The notes: generated by a model not told the origin, from the sequence alone. A stretch of 60,422 bases of DNA, filler included, from Globobulimina sp. (GCA_003354225.1; 14 parts of 14 records of this genome joined end to end with filler, not necessarily neighbours in it), one strand, 5' to 3'. Positions 22,347 to 34,225 are shown, numbered from the whole stretch's first letter. Numbers and translations: made by a program.

Positions 22347-25300
22347 ATGAATATCCCTGTGGATCCAATAACTGGTAGAATTATGCGAAGACCTTTTTGT
22401 GAAATATGCACAAAAAATTATACTGGTGACTTAAGTACGACGGATATGACTTGGACCTGTGATGCGTGCAATGTATCCTATCCATTTGAATATCAACAAC
22501 GTACATCTAACAAACAACAGAAACGGAAACACGATAACACCATACAAAACATTGGAAAACACACTCGCGAATTCGTAAGTTGCTTAGCTTTGGATATCGT
22601 GATGTTAATATCCATAGTAATCCCTATGATCCGTCTGATACGTATTTGATATTTAAAAGTTGGTGTCATCCCAATAAAATGTTTGAAGAGGAGTTAATGG
22701 ATCTTTTTATATCTATTTACTGTATAAATAGGGAGATTGTCTTAAGTTTGCGTATGATGCATGATGGTGTAAAGGATGACAGCCTTCGCGATCGGTATAA
22801 AGAAGTATGTCCTTTCACCAATCCATGGCGTGACTCTGTAGATAATGTCCCAATAATTATTCGTCCGTCGCCTATAAATTGCTGGAATGGTATATTAGCA
22901 TTGGGAGACTCATTCCGCTTCAGAGTTGTTGGTATTTGCCATGAAACCCTATATATTAAAGGTTTGCCGCCGAGTTTGATGAATTCCGAGGAGAATATCG
23001 AACGAATTTTGTTTTTAATGAGTTTGATTACCCGCAAATCGTTCACGTCGCAAGATCTTATGTTGCTGACTGGAAACTGGTTTAATAAAAATGAAAAAAT
23101 GTGTATATATACTCCGGGTGATACTGCATTGATCCTTTATCGCTATGTCTATAATGAAGAATTGATACTTTGTTGGAATCGCAGAGCAAATCTCTTTGTG
23201 GAGACCACCGGGATTGAAATATCTGTCGCCAATTATCGTGTTATTGTTGTTGAGGGTGAGATAAAGCGTTATATCCCAAACAATGAGCCCCCAATGGGTG
23301 ATAAAACCAGATTGTATGCTCCGAATGATATTGTATTTGCACACAATAATAAGTATACAATCAATCGTATGCATAGTTCTGCTGTCCATAAATCTGTTAT
23401 TAATCAAACAAAGGACCGCTCCCTGTATCATGTTGACAGTTTGGAGCTTAATTACTGTATAGCTTCGAAATTTGAAATCGCAGCCCATCCGCATTTCGTT
23501 TTTAGTCCGACAGTCACAGTGCGTACGTATGTAAACGCTGCGTGGCATCCTGCTCAGATTAAAATATTCCGATCAGAGATTGAGAGCAATGGGACATTAC
23601 TCTATGATATTGATATATGGACAAGTACTTTGGTGACGGCGGAGATTGGGAGATTTAAATCTGTTGATCAATGGTGCGGCACAGCCATAATGATGTTTGA
23701 TAGACACTTGCCGCGCAATTTAGATGTATTGCAGCATTATATACCGTCAGATCACCGCTATATACAAGTATATGACAATAAAAATACTAATTACCTCGCA
23801 AAGATTGCTGGATTGGATGGTGGTTTGGCAAACATTGATAAAAATATTCGTTCGATTGGCTTAGACGAACAATTAAGTAATGCCAATGTTATTAAATCTC
23901 TCCCCCGCAGACGACGACGATTTGGTACACGAAATCGTAAGTTACCAAGTCGCAAATTTGTATCTTCGAAATTGCAGCATATACAAAGTAATATGCACTC
24001 TCATTATTCGCAGTTTCGACACGATGCGCCGGCTTCAAATACATTATCAAATCGTGTAAACGCACCACAGAGTACACATAATGTCAACCAATCACATGTC
24101 TCGCTGCCGGCTGGCGTACCGGTCCCATCGTATAAATCTGTGTTTGTTGGAGATAATGAACATCGCGTTCCGCATAATAATGATTCAAATCGTGCTACCT
24201 CTATGCCTTTGGACGGGATTTCCGGACTTTCGCAAACTGTGCCAAAACCTGCCTCTGCTTTGCAAGTAAATAGCTCACGTTTTGCGCGTGGCCCTCCTGT
24301 TGGTCCTCGGAAGAAAGTTGCAAATCCTGCGAAAACTGGTGATATTTTAAATTATGTACAAGCTGCGCCAAAGACTGCGTTGAATGTCGATACTGACATT
24401 TTTAACCATTCTCCGATCAATCCTCGCACGAATGACTATGTTGTGTTTGATGATTTGTATAAACATAAAGGTAAACCTGTGGATAATGGCGATGTTTATT
24501 ACACAGCGATGCTCATTCAACATTTCTTTGCTGTACGTAATTTTATGAATGGTTATAATCGAATGGAAGTATTTTGGCGACGAATGCATCAAAACCCGCT
24601 TAAAGCAATAACAAATATTTTGGATATACAACAGCTTGGCATTCCCTTTACGAATGTCTTTATAATTGATAATTTTGGCTATAATTTGTGGCCCACAGAC
24701 TATCCAGTTCTGGATTGGACAAAGTTGATCTCTCCGGCTCTTAAACGACAATATACTGCGGATTTGTATATCAACCGCGATTTTATACCAGCTGCACTAC
24801 ATAGTTCTGCATTTGCACACTATGCAGACTCATTACGTCCTGACACATCCATTGAAATTGATGAAAAGGCTGTGATGAATGATATTGATATACCATTGAT
24901 TTCTAAGACTGGCGGAGTGGGCTCGTTTTTATCTGATGATAATGACATAAATAATGGTGATATTACCGATACAAAGCAGACTGATGATGTTGATACAAGT
25001 AATTCATTGGCAAATACGTATAATGATTCGGATAACGTTATGCATGATTTCTCGCTACACAGCGTTTTTTGTAATATTTGCGGACATTCCCAGCGCATTA
25101 AATCAACGCAGACGACTTGGATTTGTACCGGCTGTACGTACGAGAATACAGATAATGATAATAATGGCTCTAATGTTTATGATAAAGTAAAATTGAATGT
25201 TAATGCAGCGGCTTTTATACCTGCAAAATCCGATAGATTTGCGACTGATAAACATGAATTAGATTTATCTGAGACTGATGATACTGTGGGAAAGGCTGCT

Positions 25301-25853
25301 GTTGTCTCGTTGGAATCCACTTTGATGGACTCATTACAGTCTACTTTATTGGATACTGTGTCCATTCATGATGATAATGATCAAAATCATATGCAGGCAC
25401 TCTCTAATAATGATGCACAGATTATTGCGGGTAATAAAAATAAAAATGATGTGTTTGATGGTGGCAATGAGCTTTCTTTATCTTTAGATTTGGCATTGAC
25501 GGCAAATGAACGTGAATCGAAAGTGGATGCGCCTCAATTACGATCAGTGCATATACATAATACGGCAGCTGATGATAGCGTGGCACCATCGATTGACAGT
25601 GATTTGCATATATTGGTAACTAAGATGAATGCAATGGATGTGGATGACGTGGATAATGCGACACAGAATGATACGACACAGACTTTGATTGATACGCAAT
25701 TTACACCATCGCAATCTGCACACCCTTTATTAGAGAGCCCTGTTGGTGATGAGAAGCAAGTTTTTGATGAAAGTAATTTGCAGAGTGAAGAAAAACAGTT
25801 TCACGCTCGAGAACAGCAACGGCAAAGGAAATATTTATCATATCCTGATCCAA
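22347..25853 (+). CDS. Large hypothetical protein split into two overlapping frames (overlap 22538-22649), with two C4 zinc ribbons and a PAM2-like motif; 3'-partial
   Basis: CEIC...WTCDAC in the first ORF; CNIC...WICTGC and KLNVNAAAFIP in the ~1090-codon second ORF. Confidence 0.55.
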
Positions 25854-25953
25854 NNNNNNNNNNNNNNNNNNNNNNNNNNNNNNNNNNNNNNNNNNNNTTA
25901 ATTAATTAANNNNNNNNNNNNNNNNNNNNNNNNNNNNNNNNNNNNNNNNNNNN

Positions 25954-27377
25954 CGCCGCGTGTTGCTCGTCGTGAGATAGGCCGTGTATTACGAGAAGAA
26001 CAACGCGAACAGCAAAAGAAACAGAAATTATGCGAGAAACAGCAGCGATTAGCTCTAAAAAAGGCTTTATTGCAACACCGCAAACTGGCCAAAGAAGAAG
26101 AAAAACTCAAACGATTAGCATTGAAAGAGAGCCGTTGTAAACAACAAAAATATGAGAAATTGCGGCGGCTTCGATTGAAGGAATTAAATCAATTCCGAGC
26201 CATCTCACAGACTCAAAGTGAAATATTCACAGTGAATAAGAACTGGTATCCACTCAAATTTATATTAAATACGCAAACACAAATAAACAGTGAGGAATAC
26301 GAAACCTATTCGGATTTGATACAAATTATCGAATTGATTGTAACCAAAAAATATCAAATACATCCATTGTTTATCGAATGTATATTCAACCACAATCACA
26401 ACGATAACAATGAAATATTGCCCTCAGAACATCACTGCATTGTATATATTTATTATAATTGGCGTTCAGTGTTGAATATAAAATACCAATCCATCAATTT
26501 AGGTCTGAGTGACAATTATATCACAAAAGTAAATGTTTTTAGAATGCCGCCATGGATAAACATGAAGCGAGAGCTCAAAAATGAGGATGCCAATAATGAC
26601 GAAGTGCAAATGGATGAGGTAAATCCGAACGATATTTACGACAAATATTTAGAATGTGAGATGGCAAAATGTCGGTTAAGTCACAAGAGAAAATCGCCGT
26701 TATCGTTGTTTAAATTTAAAAATAAGAATAAAGACAAAGAAAATGCCAAGCCATCGCTCGCTTCGCTGTTGCCCGAAAATTGTGAGAAGACACCGAATTT
26801 CCGATGGAAATTTGATTTGACTCAAGATTATTTACCGTTTGATCCGTTGTTGAATGACAATCTATTATGTGAAGCCATGCATGAATACGAGATATATTTT
26901 GTGCAAATAAGATGCGAAGCGGTGGCGAGTGAATTGCCGCGTTTATATGACATATTTGTGGTTTATTTAAATTGTTGCAATGTGCGCGATGATGAGAGTG
27001 TTAATAATTTATTTTGTAATATGGGCAAGAAAGGTATTATAAGTGGAGAAAAAACAGAGTTAGAAATATTTTTATTGAGCTGTTTGAATGATAAACAAGA
27101 AATTGTGGAGGAAATATTAAGTTATTTGTCCTATGGTCGATGTTATGGTTTTGTTACAGTTGCAAAGAATACATGTCCAGACTCACAAAATCCAATCACT
27201 GAACAAGTTACATTTCATTATGGATCTATTGCGGATTGGATAAAATGTGCTATTGTCGGTGAAAAAGATTTTGAATATGATTTAAAACAATTGCAAAAAT
27301 ATGCAAAATGGAATAATAAACAACATATCTCATTAATTGCATTCTTAAATAGTATACAAACTACCTATACAATGTAG
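25954..27377 (+). CDS. Hypothetical protein with N-terminal charged coiled coil, 5'-partial
   Basis: 435-aa ORF that appears to extend to the contig edge. Confidence 0.55.
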
Positions 27378-27571
27378 CATGCTTTAATTTTTTTCCATCT
27401 TATTTTTTTTTTAATTTAGTGTTTTTAATGTTTTTGTGTGTTGATAAATTTAAGGAGAGATAGTCTTAATTAATTATACCAATACACGGCAAGTCAGCCA
27501 CCAATTATATTTTTCAATTTTTGAATTTGATTTAAACATTCTGCACAGTTCACATTCTTCACAAACTGAAC

Positions 27572-29110
27572 ATGGATACGGTGTTAGACGCTGATGAAAT
27601 AAAAGAAGAAATAAGCGAAAAGAAACCATATAAGAGTCGCAACAACACATTGAAACATTCATTTTCTGAACCAACTCTTTCTTCATTGAATCCTGAATCA
27701 GGCAGCAAATATTCTACAGTTTCTGTCGAATATCGCTATCAACATTTACTACGTGATATAATCAAAGCAGATGTTCCATTTTTACCTAAATCATTCACAT
27801 TATGCCCAGTTAATTTTATTTATAATTTTATTTTATTTTATTCAGCATGCACGTTTTGTTTCTAATATGTAGCACAAACATCACTGTCTCCAAAATGCAA
27901 TCATGAAAGGTTTTTTCCGCACCTTCAGCGCAGCGTTTATCTTTAAAACATCTGTCAAATTTTTTACAAGATTACTTGTCGGGAAATTGTCATTAAATAC
28001 TATAAAAAAAATCTATCTCGATGAAGATTCTATTTTGTTTGGCTTATTTGTTGGTTTAATGTCGTTTACATACAAAGCTATATTATGCACATTACGTAGA
28101 TTACGGCACAAAGATCCAGTTTATCATAAAACAATTGCTGGTTTTTTGTGTGGAATATGGATAATGATTGATAACAAAAGTCGGAGAAAAGAAATTGCAT
28201 TGTATTGCATTGTTCGAGCGATATCGGACATTATCAAATTATGCGTTCACTATAAAAAATTACCAGTTATCCCACACACAGAGATTGCCGTTTTTACCTT
28301 TTCGCAGTTATTCGTAATGCATGGTTTAGTGCACGCGCCGCAAGCATTGGATAAAAGATACTATAAATGGATAAAAAATATGGGCAATTTGACTGAAAAG
28401 CAATGTCAATTGACATTTCGGAGCAGAATAAATGATAAGTTACAATATCGTTTACCATCCGAGGAATGGAAGAAATGCTATCCATTGTTCCACGAAGATC
28501 ACTCATGTTTAAGGTATGTATATTGCATTTTATTTTATTCAGACAATGGTGATGACGTATTAATATATTGAGGCATAACGGCATCGATTGGTTTTATGGC
28601 TTAATTCGAGCAGCCCGAATATATTTACCTGTGCATTTTTTGCCAACAATTTTATTTCAACCAAAACGTATTTTGGCGGAGCCGATGTCATTTGTTAAAC
28701 GGAAAACATATAATTTAATTGTATCGTCTGTTTTTTTAACAACATATCAATTTAATATGAAAATGACTCTTTGTGCGTTGCGTAATCTATTTAAAGCAGA
28801 CGATGCATGGCATGGTGTAGTTGGTGGATTTTTTACAGGATTGCCATTAATGATTGAAAATCAATATAGGAGACATGAATTAATGCTGTATTGTATACCA
28901 AGAGCAATGGAAGTCGCATTTCGATTAATACCAAAGAAAAATAATTTTATTTATGTGTATAATGCATTAAGATGGCCCTATTTGCCTGCGTTTTCATTTC
29001 AAATTGCGATGAGTTTATGGATGTCAGTTATTGCAATACCAAAAGGTAAAGAGACTTCAAATAGTATTAATATGACTGTGTTGAAGATTATCTTTGGCTC
29101 AAAACATTAA
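27572..29110 (+). CDS. TMEM135: TMEM135/PMP52-like membrane protein, 3 exons (introns 27809-27872, 28514-28572)
   Basis: YKAILCTLRR, SRRKEIALYCIVRA, YLPVHFLP and RRHELMLYCIPRA; GT-AG splices join three ORFs in frame. Confidence 0.85.
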
Positions 29111-29362
29111 TGGAATGACCATCGATCATTCAGATTTGACAACGTTTACATTTTAAAAATTATTTAATCTGTTTCATAACGCATTGCGTCATTTGCGTGG
29201 CTGCGTTCATCTGTAAACTCAAATAGAAATAAAGAAAATTAGGATAATATTTACGATTCAGATCTCAAAATAATATCAGTAATAAGGAATATACAAAATA
29301 TGCATGTCATATCATGTCAATACATGAATTAAAAAATAAAAGTTAGTGAGTTTTGTATTTAT

Positions 29363-30176
29363 TTATCCAACCCAATGACGAATGACATCCAATATCTCTT
29401 CCGGTTGATCATACGGCACAAGATGTCCACTATCAGCAACAACAAAATACTAAAGCCGTTTATCAGCAGACTCCTTCATATATCCCACACATAATTTATT
29501 CAAAAAATATGGAGATCTATGCAATTTATTCCATGTGCCTTTATAATTGAACTGCGCTAAACATTGCTGATTGCCATAATTATTACAAATACTTCCATCA
29601 AATTGTCCATTATAAAATAATATCCTGGTCCCACTGGCTAACGCCTGCGGTATTATACTCGCTGAATTATTGAGCACAATATCATAATTCAATGCATTTG
29701 CTACAGGATTTGGCGCAGATGTTCCATCACTTGATTTCCACGGAACACCTTCACTGTGAATCTCATTCACAACACTTTGTTCACGTAAATAATGTTCGAT
29801 GTTATCCGTAATTGTATCAAATACCGCTTCATCATTCTCCCTGATATCATATTGGAATATATTGCCACCATATTCTGCATACACTGCATTGGTGGCATTC
29901 AAACAAATCTTGGCTGACTCATTCAATGCTGTAACATCCATCGTTTTTGCTGCCACGGCTGCATCGGCCATACATCGTGACACTGTCCCACTTATTTCCA
30001 TATATTCTGCTTCATCGATGATGCCATTGGTAAACGCATAAAATGGCGACGATGCAAACTGTATGAAAGGGTCATAAATGCCGTTACCAATGGCTAAGCC
30101 AACAAGAATATGCTTATAAGTCGGATAAATATGTTTGTACACGAATGGAATATATTTGCCAGCATAGGATTCGCCG
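29363..30176 (-). pseudogene. Serine carboxypeptidase S10, 5'-partial, with an in-frame TAG at 29450-29452 before the catalytic His
   Basis: GESYAGKYIP, LAIGNG, YNGQFD; after the TAG the frame continues YFVVADSGHLVPYDQP...WVG*. Confidence 0.75.
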
Positions 30177-30362
30177 NNNNNNNNNNNNNNNNNNNNNNNN
30201 NNNNNNNNNNNNNNNNNNNNTTAATTAATTAANNNNNNNNNNNNNNNNNNNNNNNNNNNNNNNNNNNNNNNNNNNNAATTAATAATTGAACCATATCCTA
30301 GATACCTCCCCAGTATCTAGGCTCATCAGAGAAACAGCTCCATGCTAAAAAACTGATGAGTA

Positions 30363-30659
30363 TCAAGACCAAAACCCCTCCATCATTTTATGAGCTGCTA
30401 TGATGTGTTTACACTGGAATGGTAAGGGATTTGTTTTTACAAAGTTTTCATTATTTCCATGTGTAAAAGAATGACAAGTACAAGAATCATCCAGGTTATC
30501 TTTTGAAATTGTGCCGATGTACTTTACTTTCTCTTTAAGATCATTAGTATAAACATCAAAATTAAATCCCTTAGTTGTAGCTGATGTTAGTCTAGTAATT
30601 ACATCCTTTGCTCTTTCCTCTCGCTTCTCTTTTTCTAAGATTTGCTTTGAGGTTTCCAA
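30363..30659 (-). CDS. SWIM zinc-finger protein
   Basis: SCTCHSF...QCKHIIA fits the CxC-xn-CxH pattern. Confidence 0.75.
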   Translation of the reverse strand: METSKQILEKEKREERAKDVITRLTSATTKGFNFDVYTNDLKEKVKYIGTISKDNLDDSCTCHSFTHGNNENFVKTNPLPFQCKHIIAAHKMMEGFWS

Positions 30660-30661
30660 AG

Positions 30662-30883
30662 TTAATCATCCTCTTTGAAAATTTCTTTAGGTGTGAAAGT
30701 TTTTTGAGATTCAATATTGATAACTTTTTTTACACTGGAACGATAAACTGGATTTTTAAAATCTTCATCACAAATAGCAAAAACTGATCCATCTGAATAA
30801 ATAAATATCCAGACTGGATCAGCGACACAACACTGCATTGGAGTTTGTGAACATCTTTGAACGGACTCTGTTGAGGAAATCAT
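30662..30883 (-). CDS. Small Cys-containing hypothetical viral protein
   Basis: 73 aa; ATG overlaps the upstream TGA (ATGA). Confidence 0.6.
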   Translation of the reverse strand: MISSTESVQRCSQTPMQCCVADPVWIFIYSDGSVFAICDEDFKNPVYRSSVKKVINIESQKTFTPKEIFKEDD

Positions 30884-31143
30884 TTAGCTATAATCTTCTC
30901 CCCAACAATGTTTTTGAGGAAAACAGCAAAAGCTTGATCATCACTAGAAGCGATAATCATACTTTGGATGTTTTCCTTTGTTGGAGGATTTGACAGTAAT
31001 TGACAAATGGCTAATCTCATAAGGGTAGAACCCTCAGTAACATCTATGCCATATAACGACTCAAGATCTAGTAGTTTTTCTTTAGATACTTTATGGACAA
31101 GATCTAAAGTACTATCAGAAATTCGTAGCCCAATCGTTTTTAT
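30880..31143 (-). CDS. Ribbon-helix-helix-like DNA-binding protein with a putative ATA start (87 aa)
   Basis: (I/M)KTIGLRISDSTLDLVHKVSKEK...STLMRLAICQLL; GAGGAG 7 nt upstream of ATA; in-frame TAA 7 codons upstream; stop overlaps the next ATG. Confidence 0.6.
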   Translation of the reverse strand: MKTIGLRISDSTLDLVHKVSKEKLLDLESLYGIDVTEGSTLMRLAICQLLSNPPTKENIQSMIIASSDDQAFAVFLKNIVGEKIIAK

Positions 31144-31516
31144 GATTTGTCTCCTCGCTTTTTACTAAACATTTTGAACGACTAATCTAGGATAGTATAT
31201 TATTTATAAATTATTGTTTGTTATTGCTACACTTGAGGCTAACATAAGCACTACTTAATATATTAACTTTAATTAATTATAATTAACAAATGTTAATAGA
31301 TAAATAGCCAGTTAGTTAATACTAAGATGGCAGACACGCAACTCGCTTTAAACATTTTGAACGATATTTTCTGCAAAGAAGTGTGTCTGCTTTCTATCTT
31401 CAATGCCAAACAGTTTGAACGGACAGAATCTACTACGTGAATAATGCTAATAAAGATGATCGTGGCTTTTTTAATAATGACAACTTTTTTTGGCTAAAGA
31501 TATTTATAATTAAATT

Positions 31517-32617
31517 TTAGGCGTTAAGATTTTGCAATATTTGTAAAATCAATTGTTTTGTATCTTCATTTGGATTGACTTTCTGTAAATTCCTGATCTG
31601 ACTATGTAATAATTCCTGGTTAGATTCTAAATCATCAATACGTTTTTCCTTTTCTTCTAGCTCTGTGATTTCTTTTTGTTGTTTTTCAATCAGTAATCTC
31701 TGGCGTTCTGTAGGATCTACAGTAAGCTCAGTAATTGACTTTACAAATTCTGTAAAACATTCCTCCCTGGTTGGTTGAAGATAAACACCATCAAGGCCCC
31801 TTTTGTGAGCCATTAATTTTTCTGCAATATTGGAATTAATGTCATTGTCAATTTTCAAAATCGTATTGAATCTTTTCCTAAATCCATAGAATAATGCCTT
31901 GTCAAATCTGTGGCCTACCTTAGTTCTTACAATACCAGAATTTTCTACTACTGTTTCCATTAATTTTCTAACAGCTCTATATGGAATCGGTTTTCCTTTT
32001 GATATGAATAATGGTGAGTCATTTGTTAGAAATTCGCCATTTTCTTTTCTATCTTTGATATAGTCATCAAATGCCTCTACACATTCAGGAGTCCAAAAGG
32101 TCCAATATTCCTCTTTAGATCCTTTGTAGATTAGAACAGCTTTGCAGCCATGTTGCATATCTACAATATCACCCAATGTCAGTATTGGATCATGTAAGGC
32201 ATTAGGCCTGCCACCAGTTGATACAAAGAGATGGATCAAAAATTTTGTCTTAAGGTTGGTAGTGGATTTTAACATTTTTAGGATTTCTTCAGTAGTGTAT
32301 GGCTTGTTTCCCCCTGCTTTTTTGTTGTTAGCTGGTAGCATACGCCTGATAATCTTCTTTGGATATAGAATCTCATTCATATCCAGGAATAGCTCTATGG
32401 CTGAAAGATAGCTGTTACAACTAGGATAAGTCAAATGATTAATTGATTGCACGTATTTTGCGAGTAAATCCTTGATTTCTTCATAAGTCATTTTCTTAAA
32501 CTCATTGTATTCTGTTACACCTGAAAATTCTCTAAATTTTTCAAGAGCTCGGGTATAGTTTATTTTAGTGGCATCTGTCTTTATTGCAGCTAGAAAGTTA
32601 TCATAACAAGTTTCCAT
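31517..32617 (-). CDS. int: Tyrosine recombinase/integrase with C-terminal coiled coil
   Basis: STGGRPNAL (R), YKGSK (K), YGFRKRF (HxxR with H to Y), LMAH...LDGVY (H, Y); N-terminal SAM-like core-binding region. Confidence 0.9.
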   Translation of the reverse strand: METCYDNFLAAIKTDATKINYTRALEKFREFSGVTEYNEFKKMTYEEIKDLLAKYVQSINHLTYPSCNSYLSAIELFLDMNEILYPKKIIRRMLPANNKKAGGNKPYTTEEILKMLKSTTNLKTKFLIHLFVSTGGRPNALHDPILTLGDIVDMQHGCKAVLIYKGSKEEYWTFWTPECVEAFDDYIKDRKENGEFLTNDSPLFISKGKPIPYRAVRKLMETVVENSGIVRTKVGHRFDKALFYGFRKRFNTILKIDNDINSNIAEKLMAHKRGLDGVYLQPTREECFTEFVKSITELTVDPTERQRLLIEKQQKEITELEEKEKRIDDLESNQELLHSQIRNLQKVNPNEDTKQLILQILQNLNA

Positions 32618-32644
32618 GGTATTCTATTATTTTACTTACTATTA

Positions 32645-32704
32645 TTATTACCCACTATTAAGGGCGTATAACTTAAATTAAATGCCCTTGAAAATGGGTA
32701 ATAA
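32645..32704. promoter_or_regulatory. Nested inverted repeat upstream of the integrase
   Basis: TTATTACCCA...TGGGTAATAA encloses AAGGGCGT...ATGCCCTT. Confidence 0.55.
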
Positions 32705-32728
32705 CACTTTTTCTTTATTAATATAAAA

Positions 32729-32748
32729 TGGCGCAGAGAGGCAGATTT
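32729..32748 (-). other. Putative att core matching a tRNA 3' end (tRNA-Ser-like)
   Basis: Minus strand reads AAATCTGCC-TCTCTGC-G-CCA: T-arm end, acceptor strand, G73 and CCA; about 110 bp from the int start; no tRNA 5' half present. Confidence 0.6.
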
Positions 32749-32833
32749 TACTCCACCAAACTAAGAAACCATGGTGCTCCAAAGTTCCCTAGACAGCTGC
32801 AATTCTCATATAACACACTTTCTTATTAATTTT

Positions 32834-33094
32834 TTAATCTGATTTCATAAGATCTTTAAAGATATCATCCAGATCTGCCAGATCATGTTTATCCCCATGT
32901 AACCTTTGGGTATCTTTAGCTATAATTTTCAAGGTGTAAATCATGGCTTTTTTCATCAGGGCGAGGTCGTTTCTTTGTCTGTGAACACATCGGATCAAAA
33001 CAAAGAATGCAGTTGCAGCCCCAATGATGGAAGCAACTATAAGGCCAGAGAGTATCTGGATTAAAAAATCATCAAAGATCACGTCGAGTCCCAT
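32834..33094 (-). CDS. Small single-TM viral protein
   Basis: 86 aa with one N-terminal hydrophobic helix followed by a helical tail. Confidence 0.6.
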   Translation of the reverse strand: MGLDVIFDDFLIQILSGLIVASIIGAATAFFVLIRCVHRQRNDLALMKKAMIYTLKIIAKDTQRLHGDKHDLADLDDIFKDLMKSD

Positions 33095-33258
33095 GTGCTA
33101 ACCAATTTGTATCTAATAAGTTAGCAGATAAGCTTTGATATTTTTTTATTAATTTTTAATTATCAAAATTAAACGGTTCATCAGAGAAATTCAATTCTTT
33201 TGATCCATTAACTGGTACAAGTTCAAACCTCAAGTCAATGACAGGAAGTGAAAATGTT

Positions 33259-33870
33259 TTAGTTATTTCTAATGATTCCATTCCATAACTCCACGATATA
33301 ATCACCATTTAATTTATTAATAAAGTTTCCAAATTCTTCAGATTTATTGAATTGACCAGATATTACACAACTAGCAAATTTAGGGGATTTTAGTTGAAAC
33401 ATCATTTCAAAATTACAATTGTCGCCTCTGCCTTGGAGTTTAAGTCCACCTAGAATAACTTCCTTAACATTGAATTTTTGAGCCATAATGTCAGTGTTGA
33501 TGTTTTCCAGTATTTTTTGGATAGTTGGAAATTCATCAGTGATATCAATAATACCATTCCACTCTATACCCAAGGTTCTATTGCCAGAAGAAATAAACTG
33601 TAATTTTGTCATAATTTGTTTAATATCCTCCAGGTACTCTTTACAGGAATCTTTTCCTAAAATCTCAAAAGTTATAGTTTGAGCTTGAGGTATTATGTAA
33701 AAGTAAAATGAAATGTTGGAATATACTGTAATAGGTCCAAACTGTGTCTGTCTTTGAGTAGATTGTAATTTAAATTCCTCAACTACACTTTGTAAAAGTG
33801 CAGGAGTACTAGTGATTAGTCCTACCTGGTATGTTAATTTGATAACAGTTTGTGATGGATCTATCTTCAT
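33259..33870 (-). CDS. Hypothetical protein
   Basis: 203-aa ORF, co-oriented with neighbours. Confidence 0.6.
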   Translation of the reverse strand: MKIDPSQTVIKLTYQVGLITSTPALLQSVVEEFKLQSTQRQTQFGPITVYSNISFYFYIIPQAQTITFEILGKDSCKEYLEDIKQIMTKLQFISSGNRTLGIEWNGIIDITDEFPTIQKILENINTDIMAQKFNVKEVILGGLKLQGRGDNCNFEMMFQLKSPKFASCVISGQFNKSEEFGNFINKLNGDYIVELWNGIIRNN

Positions 33871-33913
33871 ATCATTAATTATAATTAACCTTATTTAAAA
33901 TATTCAGTTGTTG

Positions 33914-34225
33914 TTATGACCAATCAGGATTAATGGTTATATCGCCAACTGTTATGTTATTAATATTAAATGTAAAATTGTCTTTTTCTGGTACATCAAA
34001 TGTAATACCACCATCTGAAAATGTAGCAACAGAAAGTGGTGTTGCCCATGGCGTTGCATTAAATTCCTGCCATACACCATCTTTGAAAAATTTTGATATT
34101 CTTGTATTAGGATTATGATAGGCATCCCCCTCTTTAGGATTCTTTGGATCAGTTGTAGAATTCTTTTTCCAGTTTACACCAGAAATTTTTTTCTTTTTAT
34201 CTTTCTTCAAATTATTCACCAACAA
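33914..34225 (-). CDS. Hypothetical protein, possibly virion-associated
   Basis: PKNPKEGDAYHN...FFKDGVWQ resembles short beta-repeat modules of viral fibre proteins. Confidence 0.5.
   Translation of the reverse strand: MLVNNLKKDKKKKISGVNWKKNSTTDPKNPKEGDAYHNPNTRISKFFKDGVWQEFNATPWATPLSVATFSDGGITFDVPEKDNFTFNINNITVGDITINPDWS

Noticed and set aside
22575-22587. GTAAGTTGCTTAG as a 13-nt micro-intron joining the two ORFs
   Set aside because: Removing it does not put the ORFs in frame, and other introns here are >50 nt.
29450-29452. Genome-wide stop-codon reassignment (TAG or TGA)
   Set aside because: TAA, TAG and TGA all terminate genes elsewhere in the window (TAA GH31, TGA NEMF, TAG after the CCIVL motif); only two isolated in-frame stops were seen.
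32729-32748. tRNA gene beside the integrase
   Set aside because: Only the 3'-terminal ~20 nt are present; treated as an att core.
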